From NCBI GenBank assembly GCA_025603075.1, contig MU626354.1:1-64000 (forward strand): 64,000 nucleotides of DNA. Direction: 5' to 3'. Of this stretch, positions 36,978-46,922 are shown piece after piece (position 1 is the stretch's first letter; every line of letters starts with the position of its first letter). The notes under the pieces were generated by a model. The model had not been told where the DNA came from. It searched no databases and saw only the letters and a list, made by a program, of their open reading frames with translations. The stretch comes from Neoconidiobolus thromboides FSU 785 (taxonomy: Eukaryota > Fungi > Entomophthoromycota). The translations under genes were made by a program, and so were the position numbers.

Positions 36978-37338
36978 TGCAGAGAATGATAATGTTACAC
37001 TGTAGCTTTCTAGTGATATTTTTGCTTTATTATATTATTAAACAGAATTTCCTAATGTTTTTAGAAATTGATAAATTTAAGTTTTTCAATGTCTCAGGTA
37101 CAAGGTTTTGTTATAAATCTGTTGTCTATTAATTTGATATTTAGATTCTTATATGACTCCTAAACTTTGTTTGGTATAAATTATACTATATCTACTAAAA
37201 AACATTGATTATCCAAAAAAAAAATTAAATATAGTTAATAAGAAGCATTTATAATTTTGTAAACCTATGGTTTTTTGTATATAATAAGATGATATAAAAT
37301 TGATATATTTAATAACAATATATATAAAAATACCATAT

Positions 37339-37431
37339 GGGGATGTGTTTTTGTGTTTAAGAATTTTAGTAACAATTTTTCCGCTCAAATAGCGCTTGGA
37401 AGATGGAAAAAGAAGTCAAAAAATATCCCCC
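37339..37431 (+). mobile_element. MITE copy 11 (left half of inverted dimer)
   Basis: GGGGATGTGTTTTT...AAAAATATCCCCC, ATAT/ATAT. Confidence 0.92.
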
Positions 37432-37435
37432 ATAT

Positions 37436-37534
37436 AGAAGTGTTTTTTTCGGCTTCATTATTTTTTCCATCTTTTAAGCACTATTTGAGTGGAAAACTTG
37501 TTAGTAGAATTCTTAAACACAAAAACACATCCCC
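37436..37534 (-). mobile_element. MITE copy 12 (right half of inverted dimer)
   Basis: AGAAGTGTTTTTTT...AACACATCCCC; shares ATAT 37432-37435. Confidence 0.92.
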
Positions 37535-37821
37535 ATATAGTGAATTTTTGTTAAATTTTATATCGTATTTTTAATAGTATTAATATCTCAGAATAATTCA
37601 ACATATAAGGCTATGTCAAAAAAAGTTAATTTTTTATAAATTAAAATTTCAATAATATAATAAAAACAAAACAAAACAAGTTGAAAATTCACTATATAAT
37701 GGTTTTTGTATACTATTTATATTTTCATAATTTCATAAATTTTAAGGTCTATTTAAAAAGCTATAAACACTTTCTCAAAACTTTTCATAACCCTTATATA
37801 TATAAAATAAACTAACTTTAT

Positions 37822-37907
37822 GCAGGTGTTTGGGTTCTTTTTTCCCATTTTTTAAACACTATTTGAGTGGAGAAATTATTCGTAAAATTCTTAAATACCC
37901 ATCCCCC
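37822..37907 (-). mobile_element. MITE copy 13 (degenerate)
   Basis: Core CACTATTTGAGTGGAGAAATTATTCGTAAAATTCTTAAA; TTAT/TTAT flanks. Confidence 0.8.
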
Positions 37908-38035
37908 TTATGATTTTATTCGAAATTAACTTATTACAGAAACACTAGTTTTAAGGTTTCAGTTTGATGTAAAAATCAAAGCAATTAATTTTATTTCATG
38001 TATATCTTAATTATAATGCACTCCATATATCACAT

Positions 38036-41000
38036 TTATTTAGCTCTCTTAGATTTAGATTTAGGTGTCTTTGGTTGTGATTGCGGTTGTTGTTTTATTA
38101 TTGGAGTCTCTGTACTTTGTTCTTTTTCCTTAGTTTCACCAATTGTCTCGTCTGGCACTAGACTTAAATCGAATCCTGGTATATCTAAACCTTCTAATAT
38201 TTTCATAGGCAGTTTATCATTCAAGGGATGATTAGGTGAATTATAGATGGAATCAAGCCTTTCTTTTAAAACTGGGATTCTAGATACTACATTTAATAAG
38301 GTTGCTTGTTGTTGAACCAAACTAATTAATTGCGAATCTCTTTGAAGTATTGCTTTACGATACTGATTGATTTCTTCGGCTTGTGCTTTGATCACTTGTT
38401 GTTGTTGTATTGATTCTTGATTAAGCTTTTTAAACCTTTCGTTCATTAAAGTTCCATGCATAGTAAATTTATCAATCATATCTTTGAACTGTGCCCTTAC
38501 GGATATAACAGGTAAAATAAGTGAAATAATAGCCTCCTTTGATAGATGATCCAATTTCTCTGGGTATCTTGCATAATCTGCTATATCCGTTAAAAAGAAC
38601 ATTCTACTCTTATAAGTCCTTGAAAGCGTAGCTTCTGCTTCATCAGTGTCATACTGAATGGTTTCATTAATATTCATTGAGTTCATAGCTTCTGCTGCAT
38701 CCTTTAAACTTATACCGCTTTCCATCTCACATATTTTTTCAACTATGTAACTTTTGATACCCTTACTTAAGGCAGCAAACATATCCCTATCTGTTTTGCC
38801 CGAGTTACCACTCAACCTATTGATGTTATTTATTAATTGTTGATCTTCGCCAAATACTCCAAGTATAGTATCTAACTCAAATGACTTGGAGTGTGGGTTG
38901 GTGCCATTTGTAAGCTCTTCTCCTTCTTCTTTTCTTTCATTATAATTTGTCAATTCTTTGATTGGATCTAATGTTTCAACAGTATTTGATTCTTGCTGTG
39001 ATGAAGATACTTTATTACCAACAGTGTTATTATTCACATGATTTAAGGGGGTTGAATTTGAATCCTTATAAAGTTTGGATGGAACATTCGTCCTATTAAC
39101 TTCATCCTTTTTTACATCTGTGTTCTTTGGAGTATTTTCGAGATTTTTAATTATAGTAACAGGTTTCGGTGGAGGTGAATGTTCTAAAGCTGGTGAATTA
39201 TTTTGAGCAGGGCTTTCCGTTATTGGTGAGCTAATACTGCTATTCTCTGCTTCTTCTGCTTTTTTCTTCTTATTCTTTTTCTTATTCTTTTTCTTACCAT
39301 CATTGGTGCCAAGCTGATCCCCTACATCCTTCTTGCCATTCGTGTCATCTAAATCCCATTGTTTCAACAGTTGGTTTTGTTTCTCTAAAGCTATGTATTT
39401 CTCCAATTCCTTAAATCCTTCTCTAAGTAAAAATTTGCCTATAATAACTGATAGCATCTCCCGACCTTCTTTGATCCCTATTTCAAGTTCATCAACAATA
39501 CTTCTCCTATCATTGCCTAAGCGAAAGATATGAGGGTCAAAGACTCTAGAATATGATTCCATGAGTAAAATTGAAAACGAAAGTTGTGCTTCTTCAACTA
39601 AAGCATCTGTAGTACTTAAAATATAATCAGCTAATTTATCCATGGAAAGGATCATATTGAATTGGTCCAAAGCATACATTCTAAATGTGGCGTGGTGGAC
39701 TTCCAATCTTTTAAATTGTTTTCTAAATTCCTTGTTAGTAGCTCTCTCAATTCTAGCAGCAACTGTTTTTAAAGAAGGATCCTTCCAACTTTTTTCTATT
39801 TCTTCTTTTAAATTGTTATAAACTACATTTCTTTTACTTAACTCACTTAATATAGCATTCGATTTAATCCTAGCTTGCCTATAAGCATCTTTGTATGCTT
39901 CACCACAACTGAAATACTCATCACTCAGCAAAGATTCTGCCTCTGTAAGTGAATCAAGTTTTAGCAACTCATCAAAAAAATCCATCTTTTTAAGTCCATT
40001 TAATAAATTAACAGATGTAATCGCGTTTACTTTGTAACCTGCCATCTTTTTCCTTGCACTTTCATATTTTTCATTATTTTTCAACTTCCTAAATCTATCC
40101 TTTGAGCTAGCCAATAATCTTTGTGAAGCTTCTACTACCTCATGAATAACAGCTGTAAGAACTTGAAGCTCACTACGGATACAAGAAGCAAAACTTCTAT
40201 GTGTCGTGGTTAAAATTTCTAAGTAATCATCAATGATCTTTTCTACATATTTAACTGGGTTAGCTATCTCTTCCCCTTTCTTTCTATTCTTTTCTGCTTG
40301 ACGAAACTTTTCTATTCCTTTAGACCAATTATCAGTAAAGTATCCAAAGTGTGCATGTGAAAAAGTGTCAGCATAATTATAAGAACTCACCCTGTTTCCT
40401 TTAACAAGCTGATTTACTCGAGTTTGATCGATCCTTGTAATAGTATCAAAATAGGAAAACGTAAAATTAAACGCTTCTTTAGATATAGCATCCCAATCTG
40501 AAGTAAGCTTAGGTACAAAGCTCCTCAGGTAAGTATGATATCTATCCACTGACACTTTAACCTCATCTGGGGTTTTAAAGTGCTTTGAGCTATGGTTACA
40601 TGAAGGTGTAATCAATGATGACTGAAGTTTAGCTGTTATTTGTTTTAAGAAGCAAAAATCATCTCTATGTAAAGTAAAGTTTCCTTTGTCAGAAGTATCT
40701 AAAGCGTCCAAAAGTAGTACATATTCTACCTCGTCAAAATCCTGTTCAACATCTTGAGGCTCATCTTCAATGTCAATATTTAGTTGATCAAGATAAAACT
40801 CCAAATAGGAGCTTGAAGAATATTCTTTTAAATTCCTTTCCCCAATGGTCACAAGTTTTGTTAACAGATCAAAGTTAGGATTTGTAAAATGAAAACTCTT
40901 TTTATCATTTTCCATTTCCATTTCAACAACATCTCTTAAATGGGCCATCGTTTTTTCTGGACAATGAACTACATTTGGAGGTTCGATATGAGATTCAACA

Positions 41001-41275
41001 AAATCTTCGATAAAATGTACTTGCGAAATGATGTTTTTTTTTAAAACATAATTCATCCATTCTCGACAGATATAACACCCTTCTTCGCAAGGTCGAAAGT
41101 TCTTTGCTTCTTTAATTACTTTATTGGTGGCTACTTTTAATTGTTGAATTTTACCAGTTTCTTCTTTTTTATTTCCTTTTTTAGTGTTAGTAATGCTAAT
41201 GTTGTCATAGTTTAACTCCAATAGAGCATCAACAATTGATGGCCCATGGAAGTTTACATATTCAGATAAACTCAT
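38036..41275 (-). CDS. Hypothetical protein, 1079 aa, intronless
   Basis: Long ORF; N-terminal PCEEGCYIC; helical core; KKKNKKKNKKKK tract; low-complexity linker; Q-rich coiled coil. No family recognised. Confidence 0.85.
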   Translation of the reverse strand: MSLSEYVNFHGPSIVDALLELNYDNISITNTKKGNKKEETGKIQQLKVATNKVIKEAKNFRPCEEGCYICREWMNYVLKKNIISQVHFIEDFVESHIEPPNVVHCPEKTMAHLRDVVEMEMENDKKSFHFTNPNFDLLTKLVTIGERNLKEYSSSSYLEFYLDQLNIDIEDEPQDVEQDFDEVEYVLLLDALDTSDKGNFTLHRDDFCFLKQITAKLQSSLITPSCNHSSKHFKTPDEVKVSVDRYHTYLRSFVPKLTSDWDAISKEAFNFTFSYFDTITRIDQTRVNQLVKGNRVSSYNYADTFSHAHFGYFTDNWSKGIEKFRQAEKNRKKGEEIANPVKYVEKIIDDYLEILTTTHRSFASCIRSELQVLTAVIHEVVEASQRLLASSKDRFRKLKNNEKYESARKKMAGYKVNAITSVNLLNGLKKMDFFDELLKLDSLTEAESLLSDEYFSCGEAYKDAYRQARIKSNAILSELSKRNVVYNNLKEEIEKSWKDPSLKTVAARIERATNKEFRKQFKRLEVHHATFRMYALDQFNMILSMDKLADYILSTTDALVEEAQLSFSILLMESYSRVFDPHIFRLGNDRRSIVDELEIGIKEGREMLSVIIGKFLLREGFKELEKYIALEKQNQLLKQWDLDDTNGKKDVGDQLGTNDGKKKNKKKNKKKKAEEAENSSISSPITESPAQNNSPALEHSPPPKPVTIIKNLENTPKNTDVKKDEVNRTNVPSKLYKDSNSTPLNHVNNNTVGNKVSSSQQESNTVETLDPIKELTNYNERKEEGEELTNGTNPHSKSFELDTILGVFGEDQQLINNINRLSGNSGKTDRDMFAALSKGIKSYIVEKICEMESGISLKDAAEAMNSMNINETIQYDTDEAEATLSRTYKSRMFFLTDIADYARYPEKLDHLSKEAIISLILPVISVRAQFKDMIDKFTMHGTLMNERFKKLNQESIQQQQVIKAQAEEINQYRKAILQRDSQLISLVQQQATLLNVVSRIPVLKERLDSIYNSPNHPLNDKLPMKILEGLDIPGFDLSLVPDETIGETKEKEQSTETPIIKQQPQSQPKTPKSKSKRAK

Positions 41276-42141
41276 ATTTACTATATCTAAAACAATAGAA
41301 CCAAATTAATCTTGTAACTCTCATTTTATTAATATTATATATATAATCAGGCGCCAGGTTGGTTGTTATATCTTAAAGTTCAAATGGGGTAATTACCTTA
41401 TTATCAAATATAAACAAAGGTTTGAAGCCAAAACTATGTACTACTATTTGATTAAAGAGATTTTGCAAACAAGTAAAGTTAGCTATTCCTTAATTAGGTA
41501 ATTTGATCAAAGTTGTAGAAAATATTAACTTATTGGTTAAAGGTTTATTAAATTTCTCAGCTATTGGCTATAGCTTAGAAATAAAAGGATTCGAATTATG
41601 GGTTGAAAATTCAAATGAGATGAATTTATAGCATTAAACAACTTTGGGTGTCAGTGATTTGTAACAGCACTTTGTGCTACTCATCAGTCTTTTATTTTAA
41701 GCTATCAAGCAAGGATTTATACTTTTAATTGGTATTTATAAGGCAACTTTTTGAGATGGGGAAACTTTAGGTGAGACTATGCAAAAATTAGCAAAAATTA
41801 TTGGACATGTATCTCAGCCAATAATTTTCATAAAATTTTATTAAACAAAGAGAGTTCATCTTTGAATTAACAGGCATTTAAGCATCTTTAATAAGAGTCG
41901 TTGATATCTTAAATTATAGTATTAGGCTTTAATAAGATTTTCTTTAGTCAACTATCGTGAGGGAAGACATACGTAGTTAACGATGTTATCCTTCAAATAG
42001 GGATATGAAAATCTGCGATTTTAACATCGTTTATTGCATTAGTTAAATTGCGAATTTTGGGCCATAGGATTTAAGTTGCAAATTCTGGGCTTGCAAAAAG
42101 ATGAAGTTAAATTCTTTTGACGAAAGAAATAAACTTTAAAA

Positions 42142-43908
42142 ATGGATCATCCAACACTAGCTAGTTACAATAATTTAACTTTAGTAAGGAAAAACACGAG
42201 TCAAAATAATTCAGGAGTAGGGACACCAAACGCCAGTAATAAGACGAAGATTCGTAAAACGGTTGATAAAAATATTAGCGAAAATTTACAAGACATTATA
42301 CCAGAAAGTAAACTATACAATAAATTATTAAAAGAAGAAAAAAGATTGGATGGCTTACTATTGAAAAAGAGATTAGATTACCAAGATATTAAGTTTAAGA
42401 CTGGAACTAAAGTATTTGGCTTTTCATTTATTTAAATTTTTAACTTAGTTTTAGACGTTTAGAACATTGCGTCTATTTATCAGTAATCAAGCTGCTTATC
42501 AAGCAGATAATACGAATTATCCAGACCCACTATACCAAGTTAACCAGGGTGAAATTCCTTCTTGGACATTGAAAATAGAAGGAAGAGTATTAATGGTACA
42601 TTTTTAGTGAGTCAGATAAAATAAATTAACTTGACATTTAGCCTATTTCTGCAAATGGTAAAGCTAAAGGTGTAGCTAAGAAGTTTTCGTCTTTAATCAA
42701 TTCTGTGGTCGTTGAGCTTGAAAGGGACAGAAATCTTTATCCTGAAGGAAATCTAATAGAGGTGATATTGTATATATATTGTTTTTGCATATGTATAACT
42801 TTTCATAGTGGTTCTCAAATGATCAAACACAAGAAGTAGATGGATTCGAAATTAAAAGACAAGGATCTGGAGAGGTTAAATGCAAAATAGTCATTCAACT
42901 TAATCAACCATTGAATCGATTTAAACCAAGTTCGGAGTTAGCAGAAATTATAGTAATCGGCCAAAACCAAGAAAATAAAAGCAATTCAGGTTTATTTACA
43001 AGATCAGAAGTTGTTATAATGCTTTGGCATTATATTAAAGTAAATATTATATTCAGTGAACTCACAATTAACTGAACTTCATAACTAGTTTCATAAACTT
43101 AATGACCCTAAAGATTTAATTGCTATAAACTGTGATGTTAACTTAACAAAAGTAAGAAACTGAGAATTGCTTTAGTTTAGCTTAATTTCTATTTATATAA
43201 CCATTTTAGCTATTTGGAATGTCAAGAGTTACCTTTTCACAAATTCCACAGCTGTTAGATCGTCATTTGCTCCCACCTGAGCCTATTGTTATTGATTATG
43301 TTGTTAGGTATAATTAGCTTTTCATATAAAAATAAGATTGATAATAATACTTTTAGAACAAATAAAGAGCATACTAATTCACCGGTAGTATTTGACATTG
43401 AAGTAGAACAAGAAGATGAATTTAAAACGAAGTTAGGATCAATTTTAGGGAATACTTCTGCGAATCGTACAATTTTAAATTTAGATGATAAAGTAACTTT
43501 AACTAAATCATTAAATGGCAAATAATAACTCATGATAATTAGATTAACCAAATGCTTGTTGAAATTCAACAACGTAAAATGAAGAGGGATTTTATGATGG
43601 AATTTATTAATTCACCTGTTGATTTTATTAATAAATGGATGGATTCTCAGGCAAAAGATTTGGAAGTAAGAGCAGTATTATATAATAAGAGTTAAGCTTT
43701 ATTATTGATTTTTAGGTTATCTTTGGTGAAAATCATGTCAATATGGAGGATATACGTCACTCTCAATTTTATGATCAAGATTGGGTTAAAGAGGCTGTGT
43801 TTTATTATTTAAATAATAAGGTATGATATTTGTTAAATATCAATAGCTATTAACTTTTTAATATTTTAGTCGCAAGAAAATGTTTCTAATTCAATGTTAA
43901 ACAAATAA
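42142..43908 (+). CDS. SNF12: SWI/SNF-RSC BAF60/SMARCD-type SWIB-domain subunit (9 exons)
   Basis: IIPESKLYNKLLKEEKRLD..KKRLDYQD, RTLRLFISN, PSWTLKIEGR, LWHYIK|FHKLND, FYDQDWVKEAV; eight GT-AG introns join in frame. Confidence 0.92.
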
Positions 43909-44017
43909 AATTTTCAACTAAATATACTGTTAAGATCTGAAAGATTTTTGTTACTTCATTTTTATTACCTTTGTAACCTAGATTTTGTAGTATTTTATTG
44001 AATTTTAGCAATTACCA

Positions 44018-45258
44018 TCAAACTTCCCATAATGAAATTTTACGATCATTAGAAGCAACAAATAAAGCTTCTTTATCTTCAAGGGTGGTACAAAGTAAAG
44101 AAGTGATTGTTCCTTGATGATAGTTTAGAGCCTTTATAAGCCTTAAACTTTTTTTACTGTATAATAAGACCTCCCCATCCGAATGAGCAGAAAATAAATA
44201 ATATTGATTAGAAATACAAATAGCTTGAAGTTTGTCTTTAGTTTTTATCTTTTTCAACGAAATATCTTCAATATTGATTCTTAAATTATCCTATTGATTG
44301 ATGAGTAAATCGCTAAAAATCAATAAAATTGAGTACCTCTTTATTTTCTGAATATTTTAAAATTACTCGTAATAAGCCACCTTCATAACTAGAACAATAA
44401 AGGGAAGTGTAATCATTGTCTATAACGATACAACTTATTGTGTTATCCCTTTCAAATGGAGTTAGTTTCCAAATTTCTTTACTATCAAGGGTATTCGTTA
44501 AACAATTAAAGGTAATAGCGCCATCAGAGTAGGCCAATATAAAATAAGTATTATTATCATAATTATACCAAAGGCTATGCACCACATCTAATAGAATTGA
44601 GCAAATAACAACAACTTATAATTAGTTTTACCTTCTTTTCTACCCGATTTTAACGTTTTTACCATTTCAAAACTAGACATTTGCTTTAAGTTTACGCTTA
44701 CAATTTGAGTCTCTGCATTTTGCGTAGGGCAAGAAAAGTAAGTATTTTCGTTGTTTAGGTTGGTATTATCTAAATTGATAAATACATAAAATTATAAATA
44801 GTATGAACTAATTACCTAACAAATAAACCTTACAAAAGTTATAAGAAGTAGTGGCTAGACTTTTTAAAAAGGTAGGCTTTTCAAAGTTCTTTTTTAATAA
44901 CTGTTCAAACTGTACTTCCCATTTCCAAAATGTAATACCTATTGCTCGATTGTAAACACAAAAATAGCCTCCTTTTATATCAATAATTTCTATTATACTA
45001 TTTAACTCAACCATTTTTTCGTCCTTATAGGGTAGCGAAATGGTAAAACATAAATGGTGAGTTTTCAAAGAATAAAAACTAATATCACCAGTACTATTAC
45101 TATAAATATAAAGATTAATAAGGAGTCTTGTTTATGTTATTTAGTTACCCAACTAATAGAAATGGCAACTGAGTTTGATTTCGACACAAAAAATGTACAA
45201 TTCTTAAAGCTGTGATGGTATGTGGTTGACCTCGATAAACAAAATAGGGTTTTAACAT
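44018..45258 (-). CDS. WD40-repeat protein, ASA1/GNB1L-like (multi-exon)
   Basis: Start MLKPYFVYRGQPHTITAL; AHSDGEVLLY; LNYHQGTIT; ASNDRKISLWEV*. Family assignment by resemblance only. Confidence 0.6.
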
Positions 45259-45309
45259 TTTCAAATTTGAATTTTTAAACAAAAAACAAGTTTTTATCTT
45301 TCTGTAAAA

Positions 45310-45730
45310 ATGAGTTATCGAAATTTCAATCAAATACGTGCTTTTAGTATTAAAAGAACTTTATTTACAAATCCATTTAAACAGAACGATACTCTTTATT
45401 ACAAATTAAAGCCAATATTGTTATTGTTGTTTGTTGGAAGTGGTAGTTTAAATTTACATTGGAGCAAACAACAGTACTTAGAAACGGAAATAAGCAAGGA
45501 AACAAAGATAATGTTACTTAATGAAAGAATTTCAAATTTAAAGAACCAAATGAACATAGATGAAACTGAAATTAATACAGGTAATAAAGAAATAGTCCTA
45601 TTTTAATAAATGTTGATGTAAATATTCCTTTTTAGTTGAAAACAGAGAAAATGAGAGAAAAACGACCACTTTATTAAACGTATCTAAAGAAGAAAAATCA
45701 AAACTACCAAAGGGAGGCTATTTCTTATAA
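45310..45730 (+). CDS. Small predicted mitochondrial membrane protein (DUF5321-like), 2 exons
   Basis: Presequence-like MSYRNFNQIRAFSIKRTLF; hydrophobic ILLLLFVGSGSL; ETKIMLLNERI. Intron ~45581-45635 extends frame to KGGYFL*. Confidence 0.65.
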
Positions 45731-46582
45731 TTTGGTCTTATTATTAAGTAAATATTGATTGATGATAGAAACCAACTGATCGATTTCTCCTTGTTTATCA
45801 AAAAAATGACTTACACCTTCTAAAATAAATACTTGATGATTAATTTTAATCATTTCTTTAATTAAAATAGCGTCTTGATATTTGACCACTTTATCTTTCA
45901 TGCCGTGGATAGTAACCATCCCTTTAATATTAGGTTGGTTGTTTATATTATTATAAATATCTAGATTGAATTTATCACGCCATAAGAAATCATTATTACT
46001 AATAAAAATTTTTCTATTTTTTGGCCCTACTTTCCATACTACTTCTTTTCCTTTGCCAATCTTTTCTAATTGTTCAGGTTCAAACCTAGCCATGCTTTTT
46101 TCTCTCAAGTCTACTCTTCCAGATATATTTATTATATATGGAACGTTTAAATTGCAATCCAAGTTTGAAGCTAATAATAAAGCTATCGAGCCACCTTTCG
46201 AGTGCCCAATTATCACCTCGACGTTGAACCGGATACCTTGTTCTTTAGTCACAACCTGGATCCCGTTATTTTCAAAATTAAAGCCATTCTGTTTAAAATA
46301 ACTCAATACCTGAATAACGTCCTGAACCTGTTGTTCATAATCAGAATAAGTACTTTTACCACTACTTAAACCATTACCAGTAAAATCAAACGTAAACGTG
46401 TTGTAAGTTTTGTCTAACCCCTGTTCGATCCCATTCACTACAAAGCTTTCTTTGTGATTTAGTAGGCCATGTAAAATGATACATAGCTTGTTTTCAACTC
46501 CATTAGCCCCTGTAATTACTACTAATTTACCTACTAAGTGTCCCTCTCTTGAAGGTATTTTTAGTTCAAAATGGTGAGACAT
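45725..46582 (-). CDS. Alpha/beta-hydrolase (esterase-like)
   Basis: ILHGLL, FDFTGNGLSSG, nucleophile GHSKGG, IHGMKDKVV (Asp), GVSHFF (His). First ATG at 46582. Confidence 0.9.
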   Translation of the reverse strand: MSHHFELKIPSREGHLVGKLVVITGANGVENKLCIILHGLLNHKESFVVNGIEQGLDKTYNTFTFDFTGNGLSSGKSTYSDYEQQVQDVIQVLSYFKQNGFNFENNGIQVVTKEQGIRFNVEVIIGHSKGGSIALLLASNLDCNLNVPYIINISGRVDLREKSMARFEPEQLEKIGKGKEVVWKVGPKNRKIFISNNDFLWRDKFNLDIYNNINNQPNIKGMVTIHGMKDKVVKYQDAILIKEMIKINHQVFILEGVSHFFDKQGEIDQLVSIINQYLLNNKTKL

Positions 46583-46922
46583 GCTTGATTTCAATTAAAA
46601 TTTGTCTCTTATTTTCAATAAAATAGACATAAATTCTGAGATAATTTGTACTAAAATAATTATTCAATATTACATAACGTACCTATAAGCTAATAAAGTA
46701 AATAATAATCCAAGCAGTTTTAATAAATTAAAAACATTCAACATGGTAAATATACATGAAATAAATCTTCAGTTAATCACCAAATTTTTATTATAATTAA
46801 AATAAATGAACACAAAAAATACACGGAATATTGTTAAAATAAAATATTTGCTATCAAATACTAAATTGCACCTAAAAACGGTTACAAAAATAATTACAAA
46901 ATACTAACAAAACTGCTATTGT

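Larger units (their letters stand above)
36573..37795. mobile_element. Candidate non-autonomous TIR element carrying three nested MITEs and a 10-bp array
   Basis: ATAT-GGGGGTTATAGAAGCTTTGA ... TCAAAACTTTTCATAACCCTT-ATAT; imperfect ~20-bp inverted match. A similar end-like motif occurs at 36771. Confidence 0.45.

Noticed and set aside
37353-37574. ORF similar to ORF 53870-54076, looking like a conserved small-protein family
   Set aside because: Both are translations of the reverse-orientation MITE; the similarity comes from the repeat.
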